This document shows, one piece after another, positions 1 to 10,303 of a stretch of DNA of 64,000 nt. The position numbers were made by a program, and so were the translations under genes. The stretch comes from Bacteroides sp. (lineage in GTDB: Bacteria; Bacteroidota; Bacteroidia; Bacteroidales; Bacteroidaceae), in contig JAXFUC010000011.1 in NCBI GenBank assembly GCA_034176395.1, forward strand, positions 14,235 through 78,234, read 5' to 3'. Within the stretch, counting starts at the first letter, position 1. Each line of letters opens with the position of its first letter. The notes below the pieces were generated by a model. That model was not told where the DNA came from. It was given only the letters and a program-made list of their open reading frames with translations, and ran no database searches.

Positions 1-720
1 CTGCAACGGTAAACGGGGATGCGCCAATCGAATGAGATCAGTTTTCTGAGGAAGCAAACGAAAGACACAAGAGAGTTCAAGTGGAAGGCTCCCTAAAGGT
101 AAAGCCATAGCTAAATTAGAGAAGCGATTTTCTCCTCCTTCGCTCTCATGATAACGCTGCAAGGTAAAGGTGACACCGTCAGCAAAAGGATGAATGCGTA
201 GCAAACTCGAAAGTTCTCCTTTCAATCCGCGCAGAAACGAGAATTGGTAACTAAACCAATCATCGCCATTTAGCTGCTCGGTAATCTCAATGATAGCTCC
301 TCCCCGAGGCGAGTAACAAGTAATTGGATAGGCAAACCCGAGAGGCTGCACATTGGAAGATAGGAAAGCTGCCTGTTGCGTATCCTTTACAGCCATTCGC
401 TCGTTATAGAAGGGCTGCTGAAAGTACAGAGTAGTACTGTCGTGAACAACAATCCGCACCACACCTATGCTTTTAACAGGACGATTGAGCAGATCAAATC
501 CACGATTGATCTGAGCACGAATTTCAACTTCTCGATTAAAATAGCGCGAAGGAATTTCCAGAAACACACGTGCCTCTTTTTGGTATACAGGGAAAAGCCC
601 GTCTGTCGCAATGGCACCGGAGCAAAATTCTTCGAATGAGACGGTCTTCTGCTGCGCTTGCATGACATATGTAAAATAGAAGCAAAAGAAACATGCCGTT
701 ATCAGAAATTTCTTTAACAT
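1..720 (-). CDS. Partial secreted protein, probable second Zn-dependent metalloprotease paralog (DUF5117/DUF5118-like N-terminal region); runs off window edge
   Basis: Not in the ORF track. Hand translation from ATG at 720 gives 240 open codons to position 1: MLKKFLITACFFCFYFTYVMQAQQKTVSFEEF...GLFPVYQKEARVFLEIPSRYFNREV... It has a signal-peptide-like start, and GLFPVYQ..VFLEIP parallels GLFTAYQ..IYWEIP of the neighbouring protease. Starts 26 bp after that gene's stop. Confidence 0.75.
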   Translation of the reverse strand, partial: MLKKFLITACFFCFYFTYVMQAQQKTVSFEEFCSGAIATDGLFPVYQKEARVFLEIPSRYFNREVEIRAQINRGFDLLNRPVKSIGVVRIVVHDSTTLYFQQPFYNERMAVKDTQQAAFLSSNVQPLGFAYPITCYSPRGGAIIEITEQLNGDDWFSYQFSFLRGLKGELSSLLRIHPFADGVTFTLQRYHESEGGENRFSNLAMALPLGSLPLELSCVFRLLPQKTDLIRLAHPRLPLQ

Positions 721-746
721 ACGAGTATCGATTAAAAGAGATGGAA

Positions 747-3074
747 CTATAATTGAATGCGATTGGCTATTATCCGGGCAGAAGAACGTTCAATAGGATC
801 GGATGCTTGGAAACTTTGCTGCCAAGCAGCAGTCTTGATTTCTCGCAAGGTTCCGAAAACTTGGATCAACAATTCAGAAGAATGTATTCGATTCTCCGCA
901 TCCAAAAGTTGCATCAAACGATCAACATAACTAATCTGCATCTGCCGTTTGAGAAGGGGGGTAATATCTCCCCTCTCCCATTCCTCGAATAACCCCTTTT
1001 GGAGACCTTTTAATACCTCTCCAGTAGTCAAATAATAGCCTTTCTGATCTACACGAAGAATCGCACGTATTAACCCCTCTATAAGCTCTTTTCGGCAACG
1101 ATCATACTCTTGTTGTACATCTATCTCAAGTCTATTAGTAAGCTCCTTATCAAAAAGTTCTCCTGGAGGATTCAGCACATAGGAACGGATAAAATCTAAT
1201 ACTCTATGAGAATACTCCCTACTCTCATTGGATAACTCTTCTTCATTGGGAACACGCAGGGTTTTCCCTCCAAGATGTTCATACACGTGTTGAACCCATT
1301 GAAGATAATGCTGCAAGACTGATTGATAGCGTCCTTGCCACACTCGTAAAGAGATCCTATCAAGAGGGCTCCACTCGTCTATTCGCCTGCAAATGCTCTT
1401 GAGGTTTTCAATGCCTTGCGAATTCGCTTCCACATGGTCATTACTCAAATCTTCTGCTTGCGCATACACATTTCCACCACCAGCGAAGGCCAATAATTGA
1501 TTTCTCTGCTGTTCTTGCTCCCACAATCGTCGAGCTTTATTTCTTTCCTCCATAGTTTTTCCTGGAAAAAGACGATATGCCCATTCGATGGCATACCTAT
1601 CATAATGCCCAATCTGTATACGGCGATTTCTCAAAGAAACGGTATCTTGAGGGCGTAGCACATAATTGTAGCGTACGTAATCCATTATGGATGTGCCAAT
1701 ACTATTTTTAGTCAAAAACTCATTATCTCGCAATTGCTCAATGCTGTAATGACTACTGCCTAAAAAATTATGCTCCAATCCCAGCGTATGCCCTATTTCA
1801 TGAGATAGAACAAACTTAATCACTTCATGCTGAATCGAGTCGGGCAGCACCACATTCCAAGCTGCGGAATCACTTGCCGCACACTGTGCAAAGTACCATT
1901 TCTGCAACAGGTTCATCACACTACTAAATATCCCAACGTGACAAGCTATAATTTCTCCGGAATAAGGTTCGCACGGCGTCGGCCCATAAGCATTATTTTG
2001 CCCAGAAATTTTCCAAGAGATGAAAGGGAAAGACGTATCATGAATCTGAAAACTATCTCCATTCTCCGCGATAGGAGCCAAACAAGCATCAATGGCATCT
2101 TGGAATCCAGCCTGTTCAAAAGCCGAACGCCAATCACGCACAGCTTCAATCATAGCCTGTGTAAACTGAGGTGGTGTATTGCGATCAATGTAGAATACGA
2201 TAGGATTGATCGGTTTCACAAGCTCTCCACGTTCATATCGGGCCTTATCTTCAGGAGATATTTCAAGTCTCCAACGTTTTATGATTCCGACTTGACGAGG
2301 AGATTCATTCTGAGAATAATATGTTTTGGGAATGGAAAAATAGCTTCCAGATGTTGCCAGAATATGCTCCAACGCAGATGACGGTAGCAATCTTACGCAA
2401 ATACCAGTACGCCACAAACCTACATAGGACGGGGGTGTAGGTTTACCCGGAAGTCCGAAGGAGGAACTTCGATAGCAACGATCAATGTTGAACAAAATAC
2501 GATCCGGATAAGACTTCCAGGAGTAAATCGAATCAAAATCTTGTAATCTACTCCCAATTTCCAAATCGAAAGAAGCCATATCTAATGTAAACAAGGAGTG
2601 ATTCTTTAGGAATGATCCCACTTCAACTAAGGATCTATCAGACTGGCGAGAGATTATTGGAAGATTAGCGTATAGCTTCTGCCTTTCACTCTGCTGTAGA
2701 ATGCGGGCATAACAATTCGAAGAATCTTCTACAACCTCCTCGTGAGGAATACTCATGACTTGTAGTTTGTCCCCTTCCTTTCTTAGTTTAAAGAATAAGG
2801 GGCCTATGATATCACCTGCATAGCCAAACTTTTTCTCCATGTTTCGCATTGGGCGAGCCGGTGTTTCTAGGAGAGTGGTTGTCACAACAAAGGAACGTTC
2901 CAACATCGAATCAGGTATCTCCCAATAAATCTGTTCACCGCTTTGATAAGCGGTGAACAGACCTGAGGCAAGACTCCTATATGTTTTCCCTGGGGGAAAA
3001 TCATCCATATTACGAGCACTGCCTACTAAGTGGAGAGAGAGCAACGTAAGTAAACTCAAGAGTATCCTCAACAT
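747..3074 (-). CDS. Zinc-dependent metalloprotease (metzincin-like, DUF5117/DUF4953 type)
   Basis: HEIGHTLGLEH zinc motif plus SIMDY Met-turn; signal peptide. ATG at 3074 preferred over TTG at 3080. Confidence 0.85.
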   Translation of the reverse strand: MLRILLSLLTLLSLHLVGSARNMDDFPPGKTYRSLASGLFTAYQSGEQIYWEIPDSMLERSFVVTTTLLETPARPMRNMEKKFGYAGDIIGPLFFKLRKEGDKLQVMSIPHEEVVEDSSNCYARILQQSERQKLYANLPIISRQSDRSLVEVGSFLKNHSLFTLDMASFDLEIGSRLQDFDSIYSWKSYPDRILFNIDRCYRSSSFGLPGKPTPPSYVGLWRTGICVRLLPSSALEHILATSGSYFSIPKTYYSQNESPRQVGIIKRWRLEISPEDKARYERGELVKPINPIVFYIDRNTPPQFTQAMIEAVRDWRSAFEQAGFQDAIDACLAPIAENGDSFQIHDTSFPFISWKISGQNNAYGPTPCEPYSGEIIACHVGIFSSVMNLLQKWYFAQCAASDSAAWNVVLPDSIQHEVIKFVLSHEIGHTLGLEHNFLGSSHYSIEQLRDNEFLTKNSIGTSIMDYVRYNYVLRPQDTVSLRNRRIQIGHYDRYAIEWAYRLFPGKTMEERNKARRLWEQEQQRNQLLAFAGGGNVYAQAEDLSNDHVEANSQGIENLKSICRRIDEWSPLDRISLRVWQGRYQSVLQHYLQWVQHVYEHLGGKTLRVPNEEELSNESREYSHRVLDFIRSYVLNPPGELFDKELTNRLEIDVQQEYDRCRKELIEGLIRAILRVDQKGYYLTTGEVLKGLQKGLFEEWERGDITPLLKRQMQISYVDRLMQLLDAENRIHSSELLIQVFGTLREIKTAAWQQSFQASDPIERSSARIIANRIQL

Positions 3075-3080
3075 AGCCAA

Positions 3081-4700
3081 CTATTCATAATTGAAGGTGA
3101 TATCTACAATCTTTGCAAACGGATTAGCGGCATCCTTATAAACACATATACTATTCTCAGCCTTACTCACGTCACCGGATGGGGTCATTTGTAGTTCAAC
3201 CACATAATTACCGTTTTGTCCATTTACTCCCAATCCCAAAGACATACCGTATTCCTCTAGGTTCTCGGGATCCTTGAACTTGAGACAGGAAATCACAGCC
3301 GTTTTATCTTCGTACTCATAAACTTTGGTGACTTTCTTACGGTCCAAATCTATCCGATACACCCCATTTCCAGAGCTCATAAACAACAAGTTGGATACGT
3401 AAGCGAAAGAGGCTGCAAAACGAGCACTTGATAGATCTGTCTCTGAAGGAAGACCTATTTGATATTGTGCAAAACAGGCTGCTTCTCCCCTTATTTCACT
3501 GAATTGAAAAACTGTAAGATTCTTACCTGCTACGTCTGATGCAATCGCATAGAGATAATTTCCATAACTTCCACTCACTATATCTTTAATGTCCAAATTA
3601 GGATCTACTTGATTGGGGTCAAAAACATTGGCTTGCGTTCCACTGACTTCAATCTCCCTTAAAATAGTATGCTTGTCGGACCACGGAGAATTGTACACAC
3701 GTATCGGTTGAGAGGGTACAGACATGAAATCAAATAACTGCAAGCCTATCTTTTTCAAGAATCTCCGTTTTCCTTTGTCAAAAAAGATAGCAGAAGAATA
3801 ACCAGAACCGTAGGCCGATATGGCAATAGGCTCTTCCGAATCCGATGTTCGTATGGAGAAAGGTACGGAGAAACCATCCATAGCCGCAAACCACGTTTTC
3901 TTAGAAGTAATGTAAAAATCTCCATGTCGAGCCATTTTATAATAGGAAACCGAACGATCCGCCGCATCAAATAAAACTTTATCCGAGGCATAACGAGTTT
4001 CCAACGTGCTAGGAGTAAACAGAGATGCTCCTTGATCTGTTGCAATCATCAATGCAGGATTTGCAGTAAATTTCCTAAAGCCAAACATCTGAGCAGCCTG
4101 TTTATTGCCATATTCTCGACGAGCATATATACTCAACGGCTTACCTTGCAGAGGAAAATCCTCCTTTCTTTCCGATTGAAAGAGATCTGGAAAAATATAA
4201 TAACCACTCGGCTTACCTTCCACAGCTCCCAACAATCCTTTACCGTCTTTCTCTTGCAAAACAAACCAGCAAGGATTGAAAGGTTTAACGATGCTAATTT
4301 TTCCTGTTTTATACCACTTAGTACCATTAATACGATCATGAACTACAAGCAATACGCCCACATCTGTATCCTGCAATGGTTCAATAATCACCCTACATTC
4401 TTTTCCGGTAGCAAAGCTTTCATAGTCATCCATATTTATCGAGCCAACTTCTTTTCCCGATTTTAGGATTCTCCATTGGTACTCTAAATTGGCTTCTTTC
4501 TGCTCCAACGTTTGAGATATGACGGGAGTAACCACGACTTCCACAGCCTCTTCCTTAGGCATACGCACCTTCATCTCCGGTAAATCGACCTCCACTGTAT
4601 TGATGACTTGGTAATTGTAGTTCCCTTTATCATCGTAACATGCTTGGTGTAGCAAGCTTGTCATCATGAGACAAGCCATGCTTTTCAAAAATGTCCTCAT
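3081..4700 (-). CDS. PKD-like family surface lipoprotein
   Basis: Lipobox ...LHQA-C followed by YDDKGNYNY, typical of PKD-like lipoproteins in SusCD loci; start moved to MRTFLK (4700). Confidence 0.7.
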   Translation of the reverse strand: MRTFLKSMACLMMTSLLHQACYDDKGNYNYQVINTVEVDLPEMKVRMPKEEAVEVVVTPVISQTLEQKEANLEYQWRILKSGKEVGSINMDDYESFATGKECRVIIEPLQDTDVGVLLVVHDRINGTKWYKTGKISIVKPFNPCWFVLQEKDGKGLLGAVEGKPSGYYIFPDLFQSERKEDFPLQGKPLSIYARREYGNKQAAQMFGFRKFTANPALMIATDQGASLFTPSTLETRYASDKVLFDAADRSVSYYKMARHGDFYITSKKTWFAAMDGFSVPFSIRTSDSEEPIAISAYGSGYSSAIFFDKGKRRFLKKIGLQLFDFMSVPSQPIRVYNSPWSDKHTILREIEVSGTQANVFDPNQVDPNLDIKDIVSGSYGNYLYAIASDVAGKNLTVFQFSEIRGEAACFAQYQIGLPSETDLSSARFAASFAYVSNLLFMSSGNGVYRIDLDRKKVTKVYEYEDKTAVISCLKFKDPENLEEYGMSLGLGVNGQNGNYVVELQMTPSGDVSKAENSICVYKDAANPFAKIVDITFNYE

Positions 4701-4720
4701 ATGCAAAAAATACATGTGTT

Positions 4721-5395
4721 TTAGAATTGAATTTCATTCCCCTTATCATCAACGATCGGAGGGTTTCCACTTTCCTTATACTTTGTGTACGCTGCTACTA
4801 CCGTATCACAATCATCTGCTGTCATTTCTTTATAAGTACGTCCCATAACATCCATCATGAAGATATACTTGGCATCGCTGTAATCTCCCCAAGGCCATTC
4901 TTCCCAATCGGAAGGACGCAAATTCCAACTTACATGCACCACTAAGCGATGTTTTTCTATCAAGCCTTTGGCAAATTTATGGTTGGGATTCAACAAATCG
5001 AACTCAAGGAAACAACCATAAACCTTCTTATCTGCCTTCAGTTCCGGACGAATAATTTTATAGGGGAACTTCTGTACTACATCTGTCAAGTTGGTATAGG
5101 TGTACGCTTTCTCAAGGGAAATTTCCACCGGATTATCGTAATCTGTATTTTCAACAGTTTTGACACAGAAGGTTTTTGCCTCAGACAAATGTGTTCCTTG
5201 AATACGCACTTGAAAGCTATCAACCAAGAAAGGAGTTTTCTTCACGTAATCACTATCGACAAATTCAATAGCAGTGCGATAGGAATAAAAGTTGATGCGA
5301 GCCTCCTGATCATAAAGCTCTATCTCCTGTTCCTTACAACTCTGATAAAGCCCCCCCATCAACAAAACACCCAATATGTATATTAACTTCTTCAT
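4721..5395 (-). CDS. DUF4843-like lipoprotein
   Basis: Lipoprotein signal (YQS-C-KEQEI); C-terminal WGDYSDAKYIFM motif; sits directly after SusD. Confidence 0.7.
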   Translation of the reverse strand: MKKLIYILGVLLMGGLYQSCKEQEIELYDQEARINFYSYRTAIEFVDSDYVKKTPFLVDSFQVRIQGTHLSEAKTFCVKTVENTDYDNPVEISLEKAYTYTNLTDVVQKFPYKIIRPELKADKKVYGCFLEFDLLNPNHKFAKGLIEKHRLVVHVSWNLRPSDWEEWPWGDYSDAKYIFMMDVMGRTYKEMTADDCDTVVAAYTKYKESGNPPIVDDKGNEIQF

Positions 5396-5407
5396 AATCG
5401 AACTGTA

Positions 5408-6913
5408 TTAAAGGTTATTCCCGAAGATCTTCTCATTGTCGGGAATCGAAATCTGATACTCTTTGTCGGTCATTTCCTTCACACCACAACCGTAATAATA
5501 AGAGTAGTTGTGTGCCTTCAAATAATAGAATAATTGACCTTCAGCAAAGTATTCTTTTCTCACTTCTTTCATAATCTCATTTATACGCTTTGTTTGAGAA
5601 GGTGCTTCTTTGGACGATTGGTCTACATCGTCGTATTTTTCAGTTGAGATTGCATCTCCGTATGAAATACCTCTGGCAAAACGAACCGCATTGAGCGCCT
5701 CAACACTGGCTGTAGGATCTTTCTCACACTCTGCTACGATATAGTACATTTCCGGTAAACGGATAAGAGGGATTGTATTAAGTCCCGTTTCTGAAGAAAG
5801 TGGTTTCTGATTGTATTTGCGGCAGAAGAAATAAATATTGCTTCCTCTGCTTTGTTCAAACATCTCCGGATTCTTTCTCCAATCGGTACTTCCCAATCCA
5901 TCACGTTCGTAGAATTGGGTAAATCGCTCATTAGAAACCACAAAGCCTCTTTGGATATTCGTTTCCTCCATCTTCATGTTATTCTTGTCGAGCAAATCCC
6001 ACAGCTGATCGACAGACAAACCAAAAATTTGCTCCCCATAACGAATCGAGTTGTAATCGGCCAGGCTTTGAGCTGTGTACAACGTGAAGTTCTTATTGTC
6101 AATCACTTCTCTTGCATAAGTCACCGCTTTGGATTTACTCTGCTCATCGCCTTTATAACAATACACACGAGCTAACATAGCCTTCACAGCAATGAGATTC
6201 ATACGATATTCTCTGCTCGCTAAGAACGGATCCATCTCCGCATATTCTTCTCCGGAGTGATTGATAAAAAAGACCTGAGAATCGGATTTTGCCAATAGAG
6301 CCTCGGCTTCAAGAAGATCTTTCAAAATAAGAGACACCACTTCCTCTGCACTCAATATAGGTGTAGGAGTTTTGTCGAAGTTCGTCCGATAAGCAATCGC
6401 TTTCTCTTTAGGATTCTTTTGATATATGGGACCAAACAGTCTCAACAGGTCAAAATGTAGGAATGCTCTCAATCCCAAAGCTTCTCCCCTGAACAGCTCA
6501 TAATAACCTTTGGTTCGCAAGACATCTCGTCTTTTCTCGGTCTGTTCCAACAAGCTATTAATGTTTACAATAATGTTGTAGAGGTTATTATATATGGTAT
6601 TCTTCTTATCCTTCATCTTATTCTCATAATCAAATAAGATCTTTTGATTATGAAGTGTGGGATCATCCTCTACGCCGGGATAATTAGAATACAAACCGGC
6701 TAAACCGTCCACATAACCATAAGTCAGTTCTCCGGCATAGAGCCCAACTGTTCCCATCTTCAGATAGATTCCTGTCAACGCATCTTTGAAGCCGGCTTGC
6801 GATTCAAATAATTTATCTTTCGGGATAGAAGTTTTGGGATCTACGTTCAGCCAGTCATTACATGAAGAGAGCCCCAACAAAATAACTAATGCATATATAC
6901 ATATATTCTTCAT
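5408..6913 (-). CDS. RagB/SusD family lipoprotein
   Basis: SS-C-NDWLNVDP lipobox; GEALGLRAFLHFDLLRLFGP, IPLIRLPEMYYIVAE and EVRKEYFAEGQ SusD motifs. Confidence 0.92.
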   Translation of the reverse strand: MKNICIYALVILLGLSSCNDWLNVDPKTSIPKDKLFESQAGFKDALTGIYLKMGTVGLYAGELTYGYVDGLAGLYSNYPGVEDDPTLHNQKILFDYENKMKDKKNTIYNNLYNIIVNINSLLEQTEKRRDVLRTKGYYELFRGEALGLRAFLHFDLLRLFGPIYQKNPKEKAIAYRTNFDKTPTPILSAEEVVSLILKDLLEAEALLAKSDSQVFFINHSGEEYAEMDPFLASREYRMNLIAVKAMLARVYCYKGDEQSKSKAVTYAREVIDNKNFTLYTAQSLADYNSIRYGEQIFGLSVDQLWDLLDKNNMKMEETNIQRGFVVSNERFTQFYERDGLGSTDWRKNPEMFEQSRGSNIYFFCRKYNQKPLSSETGLNTIPLIRLPEMYYIVAECEKDPTASVEALNAVRFARGISYGDAISTEKYDDVDQSSKEAPSQTKRINEIMKEVRKEYFAEGQLFYYLKAHNYSYYYGCGVKEMTDKEYQISIPDNEKIFGNNL

Positions 6914-6926
6914 AGCATCTATTTAT

Positions 6927-9900
6927 TTAGAATCCTACATTCAAAGAGAAAGTAAATTGTCGAGCATAGGGATATGTCAATCCCCTTTCACGTTTAACGG
7001 TAGAGAGATAAAAGAAATCTTCCATATTAAACGCTACTTTGGCAGAACTCAAGCCCCAACGCTCGATAAGTTTACAGTTCTTTCGGTCCATGCGATAGTA
7101 AAGAGAACAAGAGCTACCTTGTAGGACATTCTCATCCATGATAAACCTCGAAGTAGCTTTCGTATTAGAGCCTGCATGATCCAGGCTCAGGAAACGAGAG
7201 TGGTCTCCGGGCTGCTTCCAGCGCAATTCCGTTACTCGACGATCTGCGTTTTGTTTCAAATCTGCATTCTCAACCTTATCCAATAACGTTTGATTATACA
7301 CCTGTCCACCAAATCGATACCTCACACTTATATCTGCTCCCCATCCCATGTAGGTGAATGAAGAGTTGATATATCCTTGCCAACGAGGCTCAGTATTGCC
7401 GATAGGCACCACGTCTGTGGGATCCCACTTGAGATGACTTGTCATTTCACCGTTCCGTTTGAGGAGTATTTCTTCGCCCGATGCAGGATCGATACCCAAG
7501 GAGCGGACCACCCAAATACGTGACAATGAATGACCTTCCTCATAGCGTGGCAGGGGAGTATTAGTTAAATTCCCCGCATTCAACTCATTAATGTGACGCA
7601 TCGCTTCAGAAATCTTCACCAACTTATCGCGGTTATGAGAACCGTTCAAACTAATAGTCCAATAAGATTGTTTACTTAGGTTACGATAAGGTATGGCCGA
7701 AAGAGTGACTTCCCAACCTCGGTTCTCTATTTCCCCTAAATTCTCCGGATATTGAGAGAACCCTATTGATGGAGCCAAGCTAACTTGAGTAACCATATTG
7801 TTAGTTACCTTACGGTAGCGCTCTATGCGAGCCGAAAGTCGTTGGTCAAATAAGCCTAATTCAAGGGCTAAATTCAGATTACGAGTAGATTGCCATCTCA
7901 AGTTTTCGTTGTGCATGCCTAGCAATTCTGCCCCCGTTGCATCCGAACCGTAATAGGGACGAAGCAAATTAGCATACGTATAATAGCTATGTGCTTGATA
8001 AGGATTGAAACCTTGAGAACCTACCGTACCAATCGTGCCTCTCAATACCAAGTCGGAAAGGAAAGAGACATTCTTGAAAACCTTTTCTTTCTTCAAATCC
8101 CAACGAAGCCCTGCCGACCAAAATGGAGCCCACCGATTGTTACGACCAAACACCGAAGAACCATCCAAACGAACATTAAAGTCTACCGAATACTTGTACT
8201 TGTAGGAGTATCCTCCAGCCAACACCCAGCCAACAGAGCGGCTTGTTTGTTCAAGCCCCGTGACTTTCTCACTGTATCTCTTTCCAAACAGAAGGTTATC
8301 CATATTGTCGTTAGGAAAGCCTATTACATAAGTCCCATATGTTTCACTCATGTCGCTCATGAGATTCATGCGAGCATTGGCCGTTAAATAATGATCGTGC
8401 AATTGCTTGTTCCAACTTGCGGTGAAGTCAACAGCCCATTTCACCGATTCGCTTTGACTACGGCGATAGTCTCCTTTCTTCTCCGGATTCACCTCTTTGT
8501 CAAATGCGGTGTGCTGTGCCGAACGGAAGATATCTCTATGCCCTACGCTCTTGGACAAAGAAAATGCTCCTTCCAAACGCAGGTCCTTGGTGGCATGATA
8601 CTCCACCTTGAACAGCTCACGCACAGTGAAGTTCTTGCCTTGATCCTTGCTTTTAAAGGTTGTATTGTACATGGGATTGGCATAACTTGTATAGGTCGTG
8701 CTTCCATGCAAAGCTCTAAAGTCATCTAATCTCTTATTGATTTCCCCATTCTCCCCATAAGGTCTTAGATAGGGATTCAGAGTGGTGTACTCACTGAATT
8801 GTCCCCACGGAGATTCGTCGGCCACCGAATTTTCGATGGTGATACTATTCTTCAGCAATAGGTTTTTTAGGCGGTACTGGAAGTCGAGCACGCCGGTTAG
8901 CACGTCGCGCTTACTTTGTTTCATCACACCGGGCGAAGAGTTATAGCCCACGTACATGCGGTAGCGAAGGGCTTCATCGCCACCTTCGAGGGTAAGTGTG
9001 TGGCGTTGTTGCAAGGCGGTTCGCAGCGGCTTCGACAACCAATACGTGTCGACGCCCGAGAGCACTTCTCGCAATTTGGATTCGTACAGCTCGGCCTTCT
9101 CGATGGTTTCGCCACCATAGGTATAAAGGCCCGAGAGTCGCTCGGCTTCTATCTTCTCTTTAGCATTCATCAGGTTGTAACCGGTCAGGTCGGGGGTTTC
9201 CACTCGCAACTCACCGCTGTATGTGGCCCAGAGTCGGCCGGGCTTGGGAGTTTTGCTTTCGATAACGATGACTCCGTTGGCTGCCCGTGATCCGTAGATG
9301 GCGGTTGCGGCGGCATCCTTCAACACTACGATGGACGATACGCGATCGGGGTCGAGGTCGGCCAATGTCTGCACACTGATCTCAAAGCCGTCCATGATGA
9401 GCAGGGGCTGATTGGCATAGGTTTCGTATTCGCCTTGCAGGCTCAGCAGGTCATCGCCTCCGCCTCCCAAGTCGAGATTGGCACCGCCTCGCATACGCAA
9501 ATCGGGGCGACTGTTGGGGTTGGAACCCATATTGATGTTGTCCACCAGGTTCAATCCCGGAGCCACTGCGGCCAGTGCCTTGGCTACGTTGGTGGTGCTG
9601 TATTTCTTAAGGTCTTCGCCCTTCACAGTGACAGCCGAGCCGGTGAAGCCTTCCTTCTTACGGTTGAACATACCGGTCACCACCACTTCGTCGAGAACCT
9701 TTGCATCGGGCTTCATGGATACGGCCAAGTCGGATGCAGCTTGCAGCTCCTGAGCTTGCATTCCCACAAAGGAGATGAGAATGATGCTGCCTTGAGGCAC
9801 GTTGGTGAAGGTGAACTGGCCTTCGTTGTTGGTAATGGTTCGCAGGTCGGTATTACCCACTTGAACCGTTGCTCCGATGATGGGAAAGCCATCTTCTTCC

Positions 9901-10259
9901 GAAATGACCCGACCGTTGACCGTGGCAATGGCTTTCTTCTCTCCCTGGCGAGTGACGTTGACAAAGCGCCCGTCCACGTTGTACTTCAACGGATGTTTGC
10001 CTATGATCGCTTTCATAGCTTCGTCGATGGAGGCATTTTTCACTTTGCCCGTTGCTTTGTAGGCATTGATTTCATCGTAAATAAAGAGCACTTTGTAAGA
10101 GCTCACCTTCTCCAGCCGCTTGAAAATGGCCGGCAAACTCTCATTCGCAAACTCCAAATCGATGCGTTTCTCCTTTCCTTGCTGGGCTTGCAGGGGCGGC
10201 ACAGCCAGTAGGAAAAACAGTAGGAGGGCAAGGATGCCCTGCATTCGCTTTGTTCTCAT
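6927..10259 (-). CDS. SusC/RagA TonB-dependent transporter with N-terminal STN signalling domain
   Basis: Signal peptide, STN-like domain, carboxypeptidase-regulatory-like domain, LKDAAATAIYGSRAANGVIVI plug motif, C-terminal Phe. Confidence 0.95.
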   Translation of the reverse strand: MRTKRMQGILALLLFFLLAVPPLQAQQGKEKRIDLEFANESLPAIFKRLEKVSSYKVLFIYDEINAYKATGKVKNASIDEAMKAIIGKHPLKYNVDGRFVNVTRQGEKKAIATVNGRVISEEDGFPIIGATVQVGNTDLRTITNNEGQFTFTNVPQGSIILISFVGMQAQELQAASDLAVSMKPDAKVLDEVVVTGMFNRKKEGFTGSAVTVKGEDLKKYSTTNVAKALAAVAPGLNLVDNINMGSNPNSRPDLRMRGGANLDLGGGGDDLLSLQGEYETYANQPLLIMDGFEISVQTLADLDPDRVSSIVVLKDAAATAIYGSRAANGVIVIESKTPKPGRLWATYSGELRVETPDLTGYNLMNAKEKIEAERLSGLYTYGGETIEKAELYESKLREVLSGVDTYWLSKPLRTALQQRHTLTLEGGDEALRYRMYVGYNSSPGVMKQSKRDVLTGVLDFQYRLKNLLLKNSITIENSVADESPWGQFSEYTTLNPYLRPYGENGEINKRLDDFRALHGSTTYTSYANPMYNTTFKSKDQGKNFTVRELFKVEYHATKDLRLEGAFSLSKSVGHRDIFRSAQHTAFDKEVNPEKKGDYRRSQSESVKWAVDFTASWNKQLHDHYLTANARMNLMSDMSETYGTYVIGFPNDNMDNLLFGKRYSEKVTGLEQTSRSVGWVLAGGYSYKYKYSVDFNVRLDGSSVFGRNNRWAPFWSAGLRWDLKKEKVFKNVSFLSDLVLRGTIGTVGSQGFNPYQAHSYYTYANLLRPYYGSDATGAELLGMHNENLRWQSTRNLNLALELGLFDQRLSARIERYRKVTNNMVTQVSLAPSIGFSQYPENLGEIENRGWEVTLSAIPYRNLSKQSYWTISLNGSHNRDKLVKISEAMRHINELNAGNLTNTPLPRYEEGHSLSRIWVVRSLGIDPASGEEILLKRNGEMTSHLKWDPTDVVPIGNTEPRWQGYINSSFTYMGWGADISVRYRFGGQVYNQTLLDKVENADLKQNADRRVTELRWKQPGDHSRFLSLDHAGSNTKATSRFIMDENVLQGSSCSLYYRMDRKNCKLIERWGLSSAKVAFNMEDFFYLSTVKRERGLTYPYARQFTFSLNVGF

Positions 10260-10303
10260 AATAAGTAAGACAGGTTAATTTTTGTTTCATTTCTTTTATT
10301 TTA

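Noticed and set aside
1-700. Left-edge region as IS remnant or non-coding DNA
   Set aside because: Fully explained by an uninterrupted minus-strand reading frame; the small + and - ORFs listed there are shadows.
9435-10211. Long antisense or alternative-frame ORFs (e.g. 9435-10211, 31726-33258, 44788-45777, 39038-39805)
   Set aside because: Shadow ORFs opposite well-supported GC-rich genes, with no recognisable motifs.
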